The notes under the pieces: model-generated
Databases searched by the model: none
Seen by the model: only the letters and a program-made list of their open reading frames with translations
Told to the model about the DNA's origin: nothing
Made by a program: the position numbers and the translations under genes
Shown: positions 27,024 to 37,364 of the stretch, piece after piece
Layout: each line of letters opens with the position of its first letter
Numbering within the stretch: position 1 is the first letter of the stretch
NCBI RefSeq assembly: GCF_046314235.1
Contig: NZ_JBKBWN010000021.1
Coordinates: 1 to 40,000, forward strand
Source of the DNA: Anaerobacillus sp.
GTDB lineage: Bacteria > Bacillota > Bacilli > Bacillales > Anaerobacillaceae
Reading direction: 5' to 3'
Length of the DNA: 40,000 nt

Positions 27024-28031
27024 GTGAAAATATTAATCATTGGTGGTACAAAATTTATTGGAATACATATTGTCGCAGAATTATTAAAAAGGGGACACAC
27101 TGTCACTATCTTTAATAGAGGAGTAACAAATGCAGGGTTATTTCCAACTGTCGAAAAGCTTATTGGCGATCGAGAAAAAGATCTAACGATGCTACAAGGA
27201 AGGCATTGGGATGCAGTTATTGATACATGTGGTTATGTACCTAGGATTGTTCAATATTCAGCCGAGATTTTAGAACCCTTAACTGATTTATACGTTTTTG
27301 TTTCTACCATTAGTGTCTATAAGGACTTCTCAGTGAAGTATATTGATGAAACAGCGGAGTTGTCTATTTTAAAAGATCCAACAACCGAAGAAGTTACTGG
27401 TGAAACATACGGACCATTGAAAGTACTATGTGAAAAAGCTGTTAATGATGCATTCCCGGGTCGTTCTCTAATTGTTCGTCCAGGTTTAATTGTAGGTCCA
27501 CATGATCCAACAGATCGATTTACATATTGGCCTGTGAGGATCGCTCAAGAGGGCGAAGTTCTTGCTCCTGGACACAAGGATGCTCAAGTTCAATTCATAG
27601 ATGCTCGTGATTTAGCATCGTTTATCGTCTCTAGCATTGAAAAGAAAGTGGTCGGAACATTTAATGTCACAGGCCCTAAAGAGTTACTTACACTAGAAAA
27701 CTTTCTCCTTACTTGCAAAGCGACATTAAACAGTGAAGCAAAGCTAACTTGGATAGATGACTTATTTTTAGAAGACAATGAAATAGGGTTTTGGACCGAG
27801 CTACCTCTCTATATTCCAGAAAATAAAGGTATAAGTGGCATGTTGGCAGTAAATATTGATAAGGCATTACAAGCTGGACTTACCTTTATACCCCTTGCTA
27901 ACACAATTACTGATACCCTCAAATGGGATCAATCTAGGCAAATAACAGAAGGGGAACGAAAAGCAGGCTTAGCTTTGGCAAAGGAAAAACTTGTCTTAAC
28001 TAAATGGAAGGAAAATCCTATTAATAAATAA
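27024..28031 (+). CDS. NAD(P)-binding extended SDR / epimerase-dehydratase family protein
   Basis: Rossmann motif IIGGTKFIG at the N-terminus and a YGPLK (YxxxK) catalytic dyad. This is the only plus-strand gene in the window. The GTG at 27024 is 7 nt after GGAGG. The ATG at 27018 is only 1 nt after it, and the track TTG at 26958 is unsupported. Confidence 0.85.
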   Translation: MKILIIGGTKFIGIHIVAELLKRGHTVTIFNRGVTNAGLFPTVEKLIGDREKDLTMLQGRHWDAVIDTCGYVPRIVQYSAEILEPLTDLYVFVSTISVYKDFSVKYIDETAELSILKDPTTEEVTGETYGPLKVLCEKAVNDAFPGRSLIVRPGLIVGPHDPTDRFTYWPVRIAQEGEVLAPGHKDAQVQFIDARDLASFIVSSIEKKVVGTFNVTGPKELLTLENFLLTCKATLNSEAKLTWIDDLFLEDNEIGFWTELPLYIPENKGISGMLAVNIDKALQAGLTFIPLANTITDTLKWDQSRQITEGERKAGLALAKEKLVLTKWKENPINK

Positions 28032-28035
28032 TAAT

Positions 28036-28071
28036 CAAAAAAGAAGAAGGGAACTACATCCCTTCTTTTTT
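28036..28071. terminator. Bidirectional intrinsic terminator shared by the SDR gene (+) and spoVT (-)
   Basis: A 9 bp stem AAGAAGGGA/TCCCTTCTT with a 6 nt loop is flanked by an A-run on the left and a T-run on the right. Confidence 0.85.
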
Positions 28072-28078
28072 ACAATCA

Positions 28079-28618
28079 CTATTGTTCCATCTGTCTTGCT
28101 AAAAAACCAGCCGCAGTCTCTGATAATTTTTGTTCAACGTCACCCATTGTGCGATCATTTTTCGAAATCATTACAACTGCACCTATTGGATCGCCATTTG
28201 CAATTATTGGAGCGATAACATACGCTGCTAGTTCTTCCGACGAATCACCAACGATATTATATTCTCCTTTAGTTGTCTGAATAAATGACTGTCGCTCATT
28301 CATAGCATTTTCAATTATTTCACCAATACTCTTATTGGCATAATCTTTCTTCGACCCACCAGCTACCGCTATATATGTATCGCGATCAGCAATAAGAACT
28401 ATATGGTTTAGACTTTCATAAAGGGCCTCAGCATATTCTCTTGCAAAGTCACCCAACTCAGAAATTGGAGAGTATTTCTTTAGAATAACTTCTCCATCCC
28501 TATCGACAAAAATTTCTAAAGGATCGCCTTCGCGAATTCGAAGCGTTCGGCGAATTTCTTTTGGGATTACCACACGACCTAAATCATCAATTCGACGTAC
28601 AATTCCTGTAGCTTTCAT
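28079..28618 (-). CDS. spoVT: Stage V sporulation transcription regulator SpoVT (AbrB-type N-terminus plus GAF-like C-terminus)
   Basis: 179 aa. The first ~60 residues (MKATGIVRRIDDLGRVVIPKEIRRTLRIREGDPLEIFVDRDGEVILKKYSPISELGDFA) appear nearly identical to my recollection of B. subtilis SpoVT. Confidence 0.97.
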   Translation of the reverse strand: MKATGIVRRIDDLGRVVIPKEIRRTLRIREGDPLEIFVDRDGEVILKKYSPISELGDFAREYAEALYESLNHIVLIADRDTYIAVAGGSKKDYANKSIGEIIENAMNERQSFIQTTKGEYNIVGDSSEELAAYVIAPIIANGDPIGAVVMISKNDRTMGDVEQKLSETAAGFLARQMEQ

Positions 28619-28715
28619 TTGTGATGATGCCTCTCTTTCTTTGTTGTAGTTACTTGTTGTAAGGAATCAATTTCTTTAGCTTAGAACTAAGAAATCAATA
28701 CTTAATTCTTGGTCT

Positions 28716-28744
28716 TATTATCCTTCTTTCGAAAAGAACTATTC
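28716..28744 (-). promoter_or_regulatory. Candidate forespore (sigma-G type) promoter of spoVT: GAATA-17-GATAATA
   Basis: On the minus strand, the -35 GAATA is at 28744..28740 and GATAATA at 28722..28716. The first base of the -10 deviates from CATnnTA. Confidence 0.35.
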
Positions 28745-28771
28745 ACCAAATCTGCAATTAATTGCTCAATT

Positions 28772-28808
28772 GAAAAACTGGCTTTTACCATTTTTATCAC
28801 GGTAAGCT
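28772..28808 (-). terminator. Possible terminator after mfd
   Basis: Minus-strand RNA reads GCUUACC-(11 nt loop)-GGUAAAAGC with a 1 nt bulge, followed by CAGUUUUU. The stem is imperfect. Confidence 0.35.
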
Positions 28809-28875
28809 TAGTTTTGCTTTTTTAGTGAACATTATTCAACAAAGGGCATCTTACTCACAATTAGGCCATTGGGAG

Positions 28876-31800
28876 TCACTCGTCTTCTTTTTTCACAGTC
28901 CATAGTTTGGATAAAACTTCCTCAATTACCTCTAAGTACTTGATGGGTTTTAAATTTTTCTTTTTAATATTAATCTTTATTTTTTGTCCTGCCGTCCCTA
29001 CAGAAAGTTCCCGCCCCATCTTACTAATCATTTCAAATAGCTTTATGCCGTCAATCCGTTGACTTTCCACCTCAGCTAACACGATTGAACATTGTTGAGC
29101 GTCTTCTGTGATCGTTTCAACTCGCTCTTGCCTAGCTAATAGCTTTATGGTTGAAATTTTATATAGGTATGTGACTTCCTGAGGATAATCGCCAAAACGA
29201 TCTATCATTTCACCTTGCAAGTCTTCAAGGTCATCTTTTGTTTCTATGGACTTAAAGCGCTTATACATATCAATTTTTTGCTTAGAGTCATTAATATATG
29301 ACTCTGGAATGTATGCATCGACACTTAAATCAATCTCTACCTCTTGCTGAACTTTTTCCTCTTTATTTCCTTTACGTTCTTCAATCGCTTCTTTTAACAT
29401 TTGTGAATAGAGGTCAAACCCAACTGAAGCAATAAATCCATGCTGTTGAGCCCCTAACAAGTTCCCTGCACCACGTATAGATAAGTCTCGCATTGCTATT
29501 TTAAAACCAGAGCCGAGTTCTGTAAATTCTTTTATTGCTTGTAGGCGCTTCTCCGCTACCTCCGTTAAAACTTTATCTTTTTGATAAGTAAAATAAGAAT
29601 AAGCAACCCGATTTGAACGCCCAACACGCCCTCTTAATTGATAAAGCTGGGATAACCCCATCTTATCGGCATTATAAACAATTAACGTATTAACATTAGG
29701 AATATCTACACCAGTTTCAATAATCGTCGTCGTAACTAGTACATCACTATTTCCTTCTAGGAAATCAATGATAACCGATTCTAATTCTGTTTCATTCATT
29801 TTTCCATGAGCAAACGAAACTCTAGCATCAGGTACTAACATCGATATTTTATCAGCCATTTTTGATATTTCTTCAACTCTATTATAGAGGAAATACACTT
29901 GGCCACCTCTACTGAGTTCTCTTTCAATTGCCTCACGCACAAGAGCCTCATTGTACTCCACTACATACGTTTGTACCGGAAAACGATTTTCAGGTGGTGT
30001 TTCAATGACAGATAGGTCACGAACACCTAACATCGACATATGCAGTGTTCGTGGAATTGGCGTTGCCGTCAATGTTAAAACATCTACGTTAGCTTTTAAT
30101 TGTTTAATTTTTTCCTTGTGTGTTACACCAAAACGCTGTTCTTCATCAATAATTAGTAAACCAAGATCTTTATAAACCGCGTCTTTTGATAAAAGACGGT
30201 GTGTCCCAATGACGATGTCAATAATGCCAGACTTCAATCCTTTAATTGTCTCATTCTGTTCTTTTCGAGTTCGAAAACGGCTTAACAAGCCAATGTTAAT
30301 TGGGTGTTCTGAAAAACGTTCACGAATAGTTTCATAGTGCTGTTGTGCTAAAATCGTCGTAGGTACCAAAAAGGCAACTTGCTTTCCATCCATAATCGCT
30401 TTAAAAGCGGCTCGAATGGCAACTTCCGTTTTCCCATATCCAACGTCTCCACAAAGCAGACGGTCCATTGGGCGTTGTTTCTCCATGTCTTCTTTAATTT
30501 CTTGAATACAGCGGATCTGGTCTTCTGTTTCTTCGTAAGGAAACGATGATTCTAGCTCTCTTTGCTCAATGCCATCCTTAGAAAAAGCATAACCGATACT
30601 AGCTTCTCTTTCAGCATAAAGCTTGATTAAGTCATCAGCTATATCTTCAACTGAAGACTGAACTTTCTTTTTAACCTTTTTCCAATCGCTTCCGCCTAAT
30701 GCATAAATCTTTGGTTCTTTATCTTCTTGCCCAACATACTTTTGGACTTGATCAATTTGTTCAACAGGAACATAGAGTTTGTCGTTCCCCGCATAAGTTA
30801 TATGCATATAATCTTTGTGAATTCCATTGATCTCCAAAGTCTTAATACCTAAATACTTACCGATACCGTGATTAATATGAACGACTAAGTCGCCAACTTT
30901 CAACTCTGAATAATTTTTTATTCGTTCAGCATTAGATAATTTTTGTTTTCGTTTCGGACGTTTTGTTTTCTTTGTAAAAATCTCTTCTTCAGTAATGACG
31001 ATAAGTTTTTGTAAAGGCAACTCAAAGCCACCTGTTAATTGACCAAGGATGATTTGGCAACCGTTAACAAGTTCTGAAGCATGGTCTACTACCATTGCTT
31101 CAATCTTATAATCTTCCAATATACCTTCAATGCGCTTGGCACGGTCTTTCTCAGATGCTGTAATCACAATTTTATAATTAGTTTTGGCCCAACGATCTAC
31201 TTCACTTTTTAGCAAATTTAGTTGACCATGAAAGCTTTGCATAGATTTACAATTAATATTAATTATATTTTTGGGACTCGTATGAGGCACATGTCTTAAA
31301 AACAAAGAGAAATAAACAACTGGTTTTTTTGTTTCCATAATAATTTCATCTAAATGTTTTGACATCTTTAAATCGGCGATAATTGCCCCTTGTCCAAGTA
31401 ATGCCGTTTGCCATTCAGCCTCTTCTTTATCAAGGTTAGCTCCCATTTCTTGCACACGACTAACCTCATCAATGAATATAACACCATTTTCAGGTAGATA
31501 ATCAACTAATGTTGTTACGTTTTCATAGTACAAAGACATGTATTTATACATACTTTCAAATGAATGCTTACCACGAAGTAACTCTATTTCATAGGAAACT
31601 TGTTCAACCATTGCCTCTTTCGCTTTGGAATCTTTCAGTTTTGCTAAACTACTAGATAGTCCTTCTTTTAGCCGTTGTGCCCCTAGATCGTAATGTTCAT
31701 CATATAGAATAACTTCTTGAGCTGGACCTATCTGAATTTCATTTAGTTGTTTTTGAGATCTCTGTGTATCTACATCAAAAAACCGAATCGAATCTATCTC

Positions 31801-32397
31801 TGTATCGAATAATTCAATTCGCAACGGCATTTCTTCAGTTAGTGGATATATATCGATAATCCCCCCGCGCAAACTAAATTGCCCTGGGGAAGCAACCATT
31901 TCTGACCTTTGAAAGCCTGCTTGCACAAGCTTTTTAAGCTTTTCTTCTACATTGATTTCTTCGCCTACTTTAAACTTTAACTGGCATTGTTGCCATATCT
32001 CTTTAGGAGGCAATAATCTTCTTAGACCAGCAATTGGTGTAACGACAATACCGGTTTTCGTTTGACTCCAATAATTTAAAGCTTCAATTCTTTGCCCTTT
32101 CATTTCCGGACTCGCTACAGCTATTTCCGAAGAGATAAGTTCATTTACAGGATATAGATAAACAAGTTCTTCTCCAACTAGACTAACTAGATCATCATAT
32201 AGCTTTTGGGCTTGAAATAAATTATTTGTAACTACAATTTGTGGTCTTTTCGTTTGTTCATAAACAGATGCTAGTAATAAAGTACGTGCCGAGCCCGTCA
32301 AACCAGAAACCATCTGCTCGCTTAACTGAGCCTCGATTCCGTCCAAGACTGCTCTAACATCATCGTCTTCAATAAAAAATCGTTTTAAACCTAACAA
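28876..32397 (-). CDS. mfd: Transcription-repair coupling factor
   Basis: Colinear with B. subtilis Mfd, with a UvrB-homology region, the RNAP-interacting/CarD domain (VGDLVVHINHGIGKY), DEAD/DEAH helicase motifs (GDVGYGKTEV, DEEQRFG) and a TRG motif. The TTG at 32397 lies 9 nt after AAAGGGGGA. The track TTG at 32418 is part of that SD context. Confidence 0.96.
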   Translation of the reverse strand: MLGLKRFFIEDDDVRAVLDGIEAQLSEQMVSGLTGSARTLLLASVYEQTKRPQIVVTNNLFQAQKLYDDLVSLVGEELVYLYPVNELISSEIAVASPEMKGQRIEALNYWSQTKTGIVVTPIAGLRRLLPPKEIWQQCQLKFKVGEEINVEEKLKKLVQAGFQRSEMVASPGQFSLRGGIIDIYPLTEEMPLRIELFDTEIDSIRFFDVDTQRSQKQLNEIQIGPAQEVILYDEHYDLGAQRLKEGLSSSLAKLKDSKAKEAMVEQVSYEIELLRGKHSFESMYKYMSLYYENVTTLVDYLPENGVIFIDEVSRVQEMGANLDKEEAEWQTALLGQGAIIADLKMSKHLDEIIMETKKPVVYFSLFLRHVPHTSPKNIININCKSMQSFHGQLNLLKSEVDRWAKTNYKIVITASEKDRAKRIEGILEDYKIEAMVVDHASELVNGCQIILGQLTGGFELPLQKLIVITEEEIFTKKTKRPKRKQKLSNAERIKNYSELKVGDLVVHINHGIGKYLGIKTLEINGIHKDYMHITYAGNDKLYVPVEQIDQVQKYVGQEDKEPKIYALGGSDWKKVKKKVQSSVEDIADDLIKLYAEREASIGYAFSKDGIEQRELESSFPYEETEDQIRCIQEIKEDMEKQRPMDRLLCGDVGYGKTEVAIRAAFKAIMDGKQVAFLVPTTILAQQHYETIRERFSEHPINIGLLSRFRTRKEQNETIKGLKSGIIDIVIGTHRLLSKDAVYKDLGLLIIDEEQRFGVTHKEKIKQLKANVDVLTLTATPIPRTLHMSMLGVRDLSVIETPPENRFPVQTYVVEYNEALVREAIERELSRGGQVYFLYNRVEEISKMADKISMLVPDARVSFAHGKMNETELESVIIDFLEGNSDVLVTTTIIETGVDIPNVNTLIVYNADKMGLSQLYQLRGRVGRSNRVAYSYFTYQKDKVLTEVAEKRLQAIKEFTELGSGFKIAMRDLSIRGAGNLLGAQQHGFIASVGFDLYSQMLKEAIEERKGNKEEKVQQEVEIDLSVDAYIPESYINDSKQKIDMYKRFKSIETKDDLEDLQGEMIDRFGDYPQEVTYLYKISTIKLLARQERVETITEDAQQCSIVLAEVESQRIDGIKLFEMISKMGRELSVGTAGQKIKINIKKKNLKPIKYLEVIEEVLSKLWTVKKEDE

Positions 32398-32513
32398 TGC
32401 CCATGTTCCCCCTTTCAAACTCGGCTGCTACTCATGCCTTTTCTTTATTAATTTCAATTACTAGTTGAAATTAAATTTCTTCCGCCAGTTCCTCATAAAT
32501 AAGTGATTAAGTG

Positions 32514-32540
32514 GAAAAATGCTTTGGTATAAACCAAAGC
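32514..32540 (-). terminator. Intrinsic terminator after fin
   Basis: A 7 bp stem GCUUUGG/CCAAAGC with a 6 nt loop is followed by AUUUUU. Confidence 0.6.
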
Positions 32541-32574
32541 TAAAACCCTTATCTTAAAAACTCATTTTCAATCT

Positions 32575-32805
32575 TTATTGAATAAACGTTTGGTTTTCGT
32601 GGAATTGAGGATTTCTATCAAGAGCTTCGTGACAGTCCTCACAAATCGTGTTTACATGCATATCGCCACTTTCGTCATATTGAATCATTTCCGTTCGTTC
32701 AATATGATCTAATTGATGAAAGCCTAACTTTTGACTATCTAAATTTTGATCTTCTATTTTGCCTACACTAATCCCACAATGGCGACATCGGTAGTGGATT
32801 GCCAT
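32575..32805 (-). CDS. fin: Anti-sigma-F factor Fin (YabK)
   Basis: 76 aa with a CxxC...CxxC zinc ribbon (HYRCRHCG...ICEDCHEALDRNP...FIQ), closely matching B. subtilis Fin. The SD is GGGAGG. Confidence 0.93.
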   Translation of the reverse strand: MAIHYRCRHCGISVGKIEDQNLDSQKLGFHQLDHIERTEMIQYDESGDMHVNTICEDCHEALDRNPQFHENQTFIQ

Positions 32806-32888
32806 ACAATTTCCTCCCTACAAAGATCATAATAATACCCTCTATACTTTTTACCACGGATCGGCATAAAATATAAAAAATCATATTA

Positions 32889-32918
32889 TAGTATGAACAT
32901 TATGGAGGTTATCTATGC
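32889..32918 (-). promoter_or_regulatory. Forespore sigma-G/sigma-F type promoter of fin: GCATA-18-CATACTA
   Basis: On the minus strand, GCATA is at 32918..32914 and CATACTA at 32895..32889, with an 18 nt spacer. Both elements match the sigma-G consensus (GHATR / CATnnTA). Confidence 0.7.
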
Positions 32919-32955
32919 ATAAAGAAGTAGGCGGTTTTATTGATAACGATAAGAC

Positions 32956-33513
32956 TTAATTAAAACTATTCATGACATTTAAAAAATCTTTACTTAGCCA
33001 GCTTTCACATGCATTTACAGCTTGAGAAACTGCTTCCTCAACCTCTTGCTTCTCATCAGGTCTAAAAGTACTAAGCACATAATTAGCGACAGCAATTCCT
33101 GGTTCTGGTCTACCTACGCCTACTCTTATTCTTTTGAAATGTTCTGTGCCGAGGTGAGCTAATAATGATTTTATGCCATTGTGGCCTCCATGACCACCTT
33201 TTTGTCTTAACCTGATTTTACCTGGAGGTAAATCTAAGTCATCATACACAACAACAACATCATCAATACTGATTTTGTAAAAGTCAATTAAAGGTCGAAC
33301 CGCTTCCCCTGATAAGTTCATATAAGTAAGCGGTTTTAGTAGGAAGACTTTTTCTCCATTTATCGTATCGAATCCAAAAACACCTTTAAACTTTTCCTGG
33401 TTTAAAGTAATTTTTAAGCTTTTTGCTAATTCATCTATGACATGAAACCCGATATTATGTCTTGTTTCATCGTACTTTTTACCAGGGTTTCCAAGTCCAA
33501 CAATTAACTTCAC
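32956..33513 (-). CDS. pth: Peptidyl-tRNA hydrolase
   Basis: Pth family ([25 protein letters not shown]). The GTG at 33513 follows GAGGA plus 7 nt and gives the canonical N-terminus. The ATG at 33534 (track start) has no SD but cannot be excluded. Confidence 0.93.
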   Translation of the reverse strand: MKLIVGLGNPGKKYDETRHNIGFHVIDELAKSLKITLNQEKFKGVFGFDTINGEKVFLLKPLTYMNLSGEAVRPLIDFYKISIDDVVVVYDDLDLPPGKIRLRQKGGHGGHNGIKSLLAHLGTEHFKRIRVGVGRPEPGIAVANYVLSTFRPDEKQEVEEAVSQAVNACESWLSKDFLNVMNSFN

Positions 33514-33634
33514 GTCTTCTTCCTCACTTTCCATTATGTATCACATATACATTCTATTATCCATTTCGATAAAAGTACAACAAATCCTTTGTAAGATTAA
33601 ATTTTTAAAATAAAAAACTAGAAGATCAAACCTT

Positions 33635-33666
33635 AAAAAAGGCATAACCTTACGGCTACACCTTTT
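33635..33666 (-). terminator. Intrinsic terminator after ctc
   Basis: Minus-strand RNA reads AAGGUGUAGCC-GUAA-GGUUAUGCCUU, an 11 bp stem with 3 G-U pairs, followed by a U-run. Confidence 0.75.
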
Positions 33667-33671
33667 TATGG

Positions 33672-34304
33672 CTATTCTTCTTGAGCTGTGTTTTCCTTCT
33701 CAGCTTGTACTTCTTCTTTGTCTTCCATTTCCTGTTGCTCATCAGGTTCATTCATTAAGGCAGGAGGTAAAATTGTCATAATACCTTCTTCAGGTTCATT
33801 GTTAATTTCATACTTATCGAAGTTTGGCAAGTCTCTAACTTGCAATGAATCGCCAATCCTCATGTCACTAATGTCTATTTCAATCGACTCAGGAATATCT
33901 GCTGGTAACGAGCGAACAGAAACTTCGTATAATGTTTGTTGGATAATTCCGCCATCCTTCACACCAATTGAGTCTCCTACTAGATGAATAGCAACATTGG
34001 CATCCATCTTCGCTGACATATCGACTTTATAGAAATCAATATGAATAATGTTTCCCTTAAGCTTTTCTTTTTGAATATCGTGAGTAATTACATCGTAAGT
34101 TTCTTCGTCTGTTGCCAATGAGATAATCCCATTTTTGCCTGCTACCTTTAAAGTCTTTAAGAACTCTATTTCGTCTATAGAAACGGATTTACTAGGTAAG
34201 TCCTTTCCATAGACTACTGCAGGAACACTCCCTTGATTTCGAAGCTTTCTCAATGTTGAACCCTTTAAATCGCCTCGACTAATAGCTTTTAACATAGTAC
34301 TCAT
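33672..34304 (-). CDS. ctc: Ribosomal protein bL25 / general stress protein Ctc
   Basis: ~210 aa with an L25 N-terminal domain and an acidic C-terminal tail. The ATG at 34304 is 6 nt after GAGGTG. The track start is the GTG of that SD. Confidence 0.94.
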   Translation of the reverse strand: MSTMLKAISRGDLKGSTLRKLRNQGSVPAVVYGKDLPSKSVSIDEIEFLKTLKVAGKNGIISLATDEETYDVITHDIQKEKLKGNIIHIDFYKVDMSAKMDANVAIHLVGDSIGVKDGGIIQQTLYEVSVRSLPADIPESIEIDISDMRIGDSLQVRDLPNFDKYEINNEPEEGIMTILPPALMNEPDEQQEMEDKEEVQAEKENTAQEE

Positions 34305-34339
34305 ATTTTTCACCTCGTATTTTTCGTTCTCTATATGGT

Positions 34340-34364
34340 CTACCCATTACAGTAGTTTTTTAAC
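34340..34364 (-). promoter_or_regulatory. Sigma-B type promoter of ctc: GTTAAA-13-GGGTAG
   Basis: The minus strand reads tGGTTAAAaaactactgtaatGGGTAGacc. This resembles the classical B. subtilis ctc sigma-B promoter (GTTTAA-N14-GGGTAT). Confidence 0.65.
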
Positions 34365-34412
34365 CAATAAATTCTAGAAAAATATATTGAGGTATAAATT
34401 AAGTCTAGAAAC

Positions 34413-35363
34413 TTAGTCGAAAAGTTGGCTAACAGATCTCTCTTCGTGAACATGGATAATGGCTTTAGCAATTAAAGATGCCACAGATAATGGTTTAATT
34501 TTCGAAATTAACTTATCTTCACTTAAAGGAATTGTATTTGTTACAACTAGCTCTTTAATTTTTGAATTATCGATCCTTTCAATTGCAGGCCCAGAAAGCA
34601 CTGCATGAGTACAACAAGCATAAACCTCTTTCGCACCACTTTCAATTAATGCATTGGCTGCAAGAGTAATCGTACCAGCAGTATCAATAATATCATCAAT
34701 GATAATACAAGTTTTCCCTTCAACATTCCCAACAATATTCATTACTTCAGATACATTTGGCTTTGGACGGCGCTTATCAATAATCGCAATTGGTGCCTTT
34801 AGACGATCTGCCATCTTTCTAGCTCGTACTACACCACCATGATCTGGTGATACAATTACAAGATCATCCATTTGCTTTTCTTTGAAATAATCTGAAAGTA
34901 GTGGTACACCAACTAACTGATCAACGGGAATATCAAAGAAACCTTGAATCTGGGTCGCATGTAGATCCAATGTAATCACACGAGTTGCGCCTGCAGTTTC
35001 CAGCAAATTCGCCACTAACTTTGCAGTAATTGGCTCACGTGCTCTTGCTTTACGATCCTGACGTGCGTATCCATAATACGGAAGGACAACGTTAATAGTT
35101 TTTGCAGATGCTCGTTTTAGGGCATCAATCATAATTAATAGTTCCATAATATGTTCGTTTGCTGGAGCAGATGTTGATTGAATAACGAACGTATCACAAC
35201 CACGAATACTTTCCTCAATATTGATTTGTACCTCTCCGTCACTAAATCTAGAAACAGAACTAACCGAAAGCTCTATGCCAATTTTCTCTGCAATTTCATC
35301 TGCCAGCTTTCTATTTGAGTTAAGCGTTAATACCTTTAAACTTGGATCACCATATTTAACCAT
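34413..35363 (-). CDS. prs: Ribose-phosphate pyrophosphokinase
   Basis: 316 aa, highly similar to B. subtilis Prs ([42 protein letters not shown]). The ATG at 35363 follows GGGGGTAAG plus 7 nt. Confidence 0.97.
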   Translation of the reverse strand: MVKYGDPSLKVLTLNSNRKLADEIAEKIGIELSVSSVSRFSDGEVQINIEESIRGCDTFVIQSTSAPANEHIMELLIMIDALKRASAKTINVVLPYYGYARQDRKARAREPITAKLVANLLETAGATRVITLDLHATQIQGFFDIPVDQLVGVPLLSDYFKEKQMDDLVIVSPDHGGVVRARKMADRLKAPIAIIDKRRPKPNVSEVMNIVGNVEGKTCIIIDDIIDTAGTITLAANALIESGAKEVYACCTHAVLSGPAIERIDNSKIKELVVTNTIPLSEDKLISKIKPLSVASLIAKAIIHVHEERSVSQLFD

Positions 35364-35398
35364 TGTCAGACTTACCCCCATATTTTCAGTTATTAATG

Positions 35399-36769
35399 TT
35401 ATTTTTCTTTTAATTTAGTAACATATTCATTTTTGACAATTTGTCTCTCACGAGCAATAGCCAAAGCATTTTCTGGTACATCATTTGTAATAGTAGAACC
35501 TGCAGCGATGTAAGCATCTTTACCAATCGTAACAGGAGCAATTAAATTTGAATTGCATCCTACAAAAGCTCCATCTTCTATCTTCGTTAAAAATTTATTT
35601 TTTCCATCATAATTAACAGTAATTGAGCCACAACCTAAATTTACATTACTACCAACCTCAGCATCACCAATATAGCTTAAGTGTGAAGCTTTACTACCTT
35701 TTCCAAACATTGATTTTTTTATTTCTACAAAATTACCAATTTTAACCTCATCGCCGATTTGTGAATCTGGCCTAATATGAGCAAACGGGCCAATACTTAC
35801 TTCATTTCCAATTTCACTTTTGGAGACTACAGACTGCTTAATAGTTGTTCTATCTCCAACGTAACTGTCAATTATTTCTGTGTTAGGACCGATTTCACAA
35901 TCGCTTCCAATAACAGTTTTTCCTGTAATCATCGTTCCTGGCTTGATGATTGTGTCAGTTCCAATCATTACTTCAGCGCCAATATGAGTGTTGTTTGGAT
36001 CAGTAAGTGTTACACCATTTCTCATATGCGCTTCATTTATACGCTTTCTCATAATTTCTTCTGCGCTGGCTAAAGCAACACGATCATTTACACCTAGCGT
36101 CTCATCAAAGCTATCCGTTTGATAAGCTGCTATTAACTCGCTTTGCCTCTGCAGTATTTCAACTACATCTGGAAGGTAATATTCGCCTTGAACATTTTTA
36201 TTACCAACATGTCTTAAAGCCTCAAATAAGGCTGCATTATCAAAACAGTATGTTCCTGTATTTATCTCTGTTATTGACCGCTCTTCATTACTTGCATCTT
36301 TATGTTCAACAATTCGCTGAACTGCCCCTTGTCTATCTCGGACAATTCTCCCGTATCCCGTAGGGTCACTTGCTTTTGCTGTAAGAATGGTAGCTTTCGC
36401 ATTGTGTTGTTCATGATACATTATGAGAGATTCGATTGTCTCTTTTGTGATAAGAGGTGTGTCACCGCACAATACTACCGTCACGCCTTCTTTATCTTTT
36501 AACAATGTCTCAGCTTGCATTACTGCGTGACCAGTCCCTAATTGTTCTTCTTGTAAAATATAAGTGATTTCGTCACCTAACTGTTCTTTTACTTTTTCTG
36601 CTCCATGCCCCACAACAACAACAGTTCGATCCATACCAACTTGAGAGACTTGATCAACTACATGTTGCACCATAGGCTTACCACAAACAGAATGAAGTAT
36701 TTTGTATAGGCGGGATTTCATTCTAGTCCCTTGACCAGCCGCTAAAATAATGGCATAACGATTCTTCAT
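35399..36769 (-). CDS. glmU: Bifunctional GlcNAc-1-P uridyltransferase / GlcN-1-P acetyltransferase
   Basis: 456 aa ([11 protein letters not shown], left-handed beta-helix hexapeptide repeats in the C-terminal half). The ATG at 36769 follows GGAGGG plus 5 nt. Confidence 0.97.
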   Translation of the reverse strand: MKNRYAIILAAGQGTRMKSRLYKILHSVCGKPMVQHVVDQVSQVGMDRTVVVVGHGAEKVKEQLGDEITYILQEEQLGTGHAVMQAETLLKDKEGVTVVLCGDTPLITKETIESLIMYHEQHNAKATILTAKASDPTGYGRIVRDRQGAVQRIVEHKDASNEERSITEINTGTYCFDNAALFEALRHVGNKNVQGEYYLPDVVEILQRQSELIAAYQTDSFDETLGVNDRVALASAEEIMRKRINEAHMRNGVTLTDPNNTHIGAEVMIGTDTIIKPGTMITGKTVIGSDCEIGPNTEIIDSYVGDRTTIKQSVVSKSEIGNEVSIGPFAHIRPDSQIGDEVKIGNFVEIKKSMFGKGSKASHLSYIGDAEVGSNVNLGCGSITVNYDGKNKFLTKIEDGAFVGCNSNLIAPVTIGKDAYIAAGSTITNDVPENALAIARERQIVKNEYVTKLKEK

Positions 36770-36803
36770 AGCTACCCTCCAAAGGTTCTTTTTTTCCATT
36801 ACG

Positions 36804-36832
36804 AATATATCTCAAAAACGTTGCTATTTCAA
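36804..36832 (-). promoter_or_regulatory. Candidate sigma-A promoter of glmU-prs: TTGAAA-17-TATATT
   Basis: On the minus strand, the -35 is at 36832..36827 and the -10 at 36809..36804. Confidence 0.5.
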
Positions 36833-36951
36833 GCTAACAATCACAATTCTTTAAAATACATTATTTTCTTGCTAACGAAATTGAAGCTCATTCACAAGGA
36901 AGAGAAAAAATCCATTAAAGATCATCTTGTTTTTTGCCCATTCCTCATCAT

Positions 36952-36990
36952 AAAAAAAGAATGACCAAGGAAATGATTCCTCGGTCATTC
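36952..36990 (-). terminator. Intrinsic terminator after spoVG
   Basis: A 12 bp stem GAAUGACCGAGG/CCUUGGUCAUUC (one G-U pair) with an 8 nt loop is followed by U7. Confidence 0.9.
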
Positions 36991-37000
36991 GTATTCGTTG

Positions 37001-37294
37001 TTACGAAGCGCCTGCTTCTTCATATTCAACTTCTTCAATGTCTCCAGCCTTTTCATATTCAGCTAAAACAGCTGATTGAATTTTCTCTCTCGTTTGAGAA
37101 GAAATAGGGTGAGCGATGTCTCTAAATTCGCCATCTGGAGTCCTCTTACTTGGCATTGCTACAAACATCCCATTATTTCCATCAATAACTCGGATATCAT
37201 GAACAACAAACTCATGATCAATCGTAATGGATGCTATTGCACGCATGCGTCCTTCCGTTGTCACACGGCGTAGTCTCACGTCTGTTACTTCCAT
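37001..37294 (-). CDS. spoVG: Septation/RNA-binding protein SpoVG
   Basis: 97 aa, close to identical to B. subtilis SpoVG over the first ~60 aa ([11 protein letters not shown]...[42 protein letters not shown]). The ATG at 37294 follows AAAGGTGGTG plus 6 nt. Confidence 0.97.
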   Translation of the reverse strand: MEVTDVRLRRVTTEGRMRAIASITIDHEFVVHDIRVIDGNNGMFVAMPSKRTPDGEFRDIAHPISSQTREKIQSAVLAEYEKAGDIEEVEYEEAGAS

Positions 37295-37337
37295 TTCTGC
37301 CACCACCTTTTTCCAAATGAATAAGTCCTAGTTATAA

Positions 37338-37364
37338 ATTCAACGCACTTTTTCATATTCCTTC
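37338..37364 (-). promoter_or_regulatory. Sigma-H type promoter of spoVG: GAAGGAATA-11-GTTGAAT
   Basis: This is an exact match to RNAGGAWWW-N11-RNNGAAT on the minus strand. A T10-G-T7 tract (37375-37392) lies just upstream, like the AT box of the B. subtilis spoVG promoter. Confidence 0.75.
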
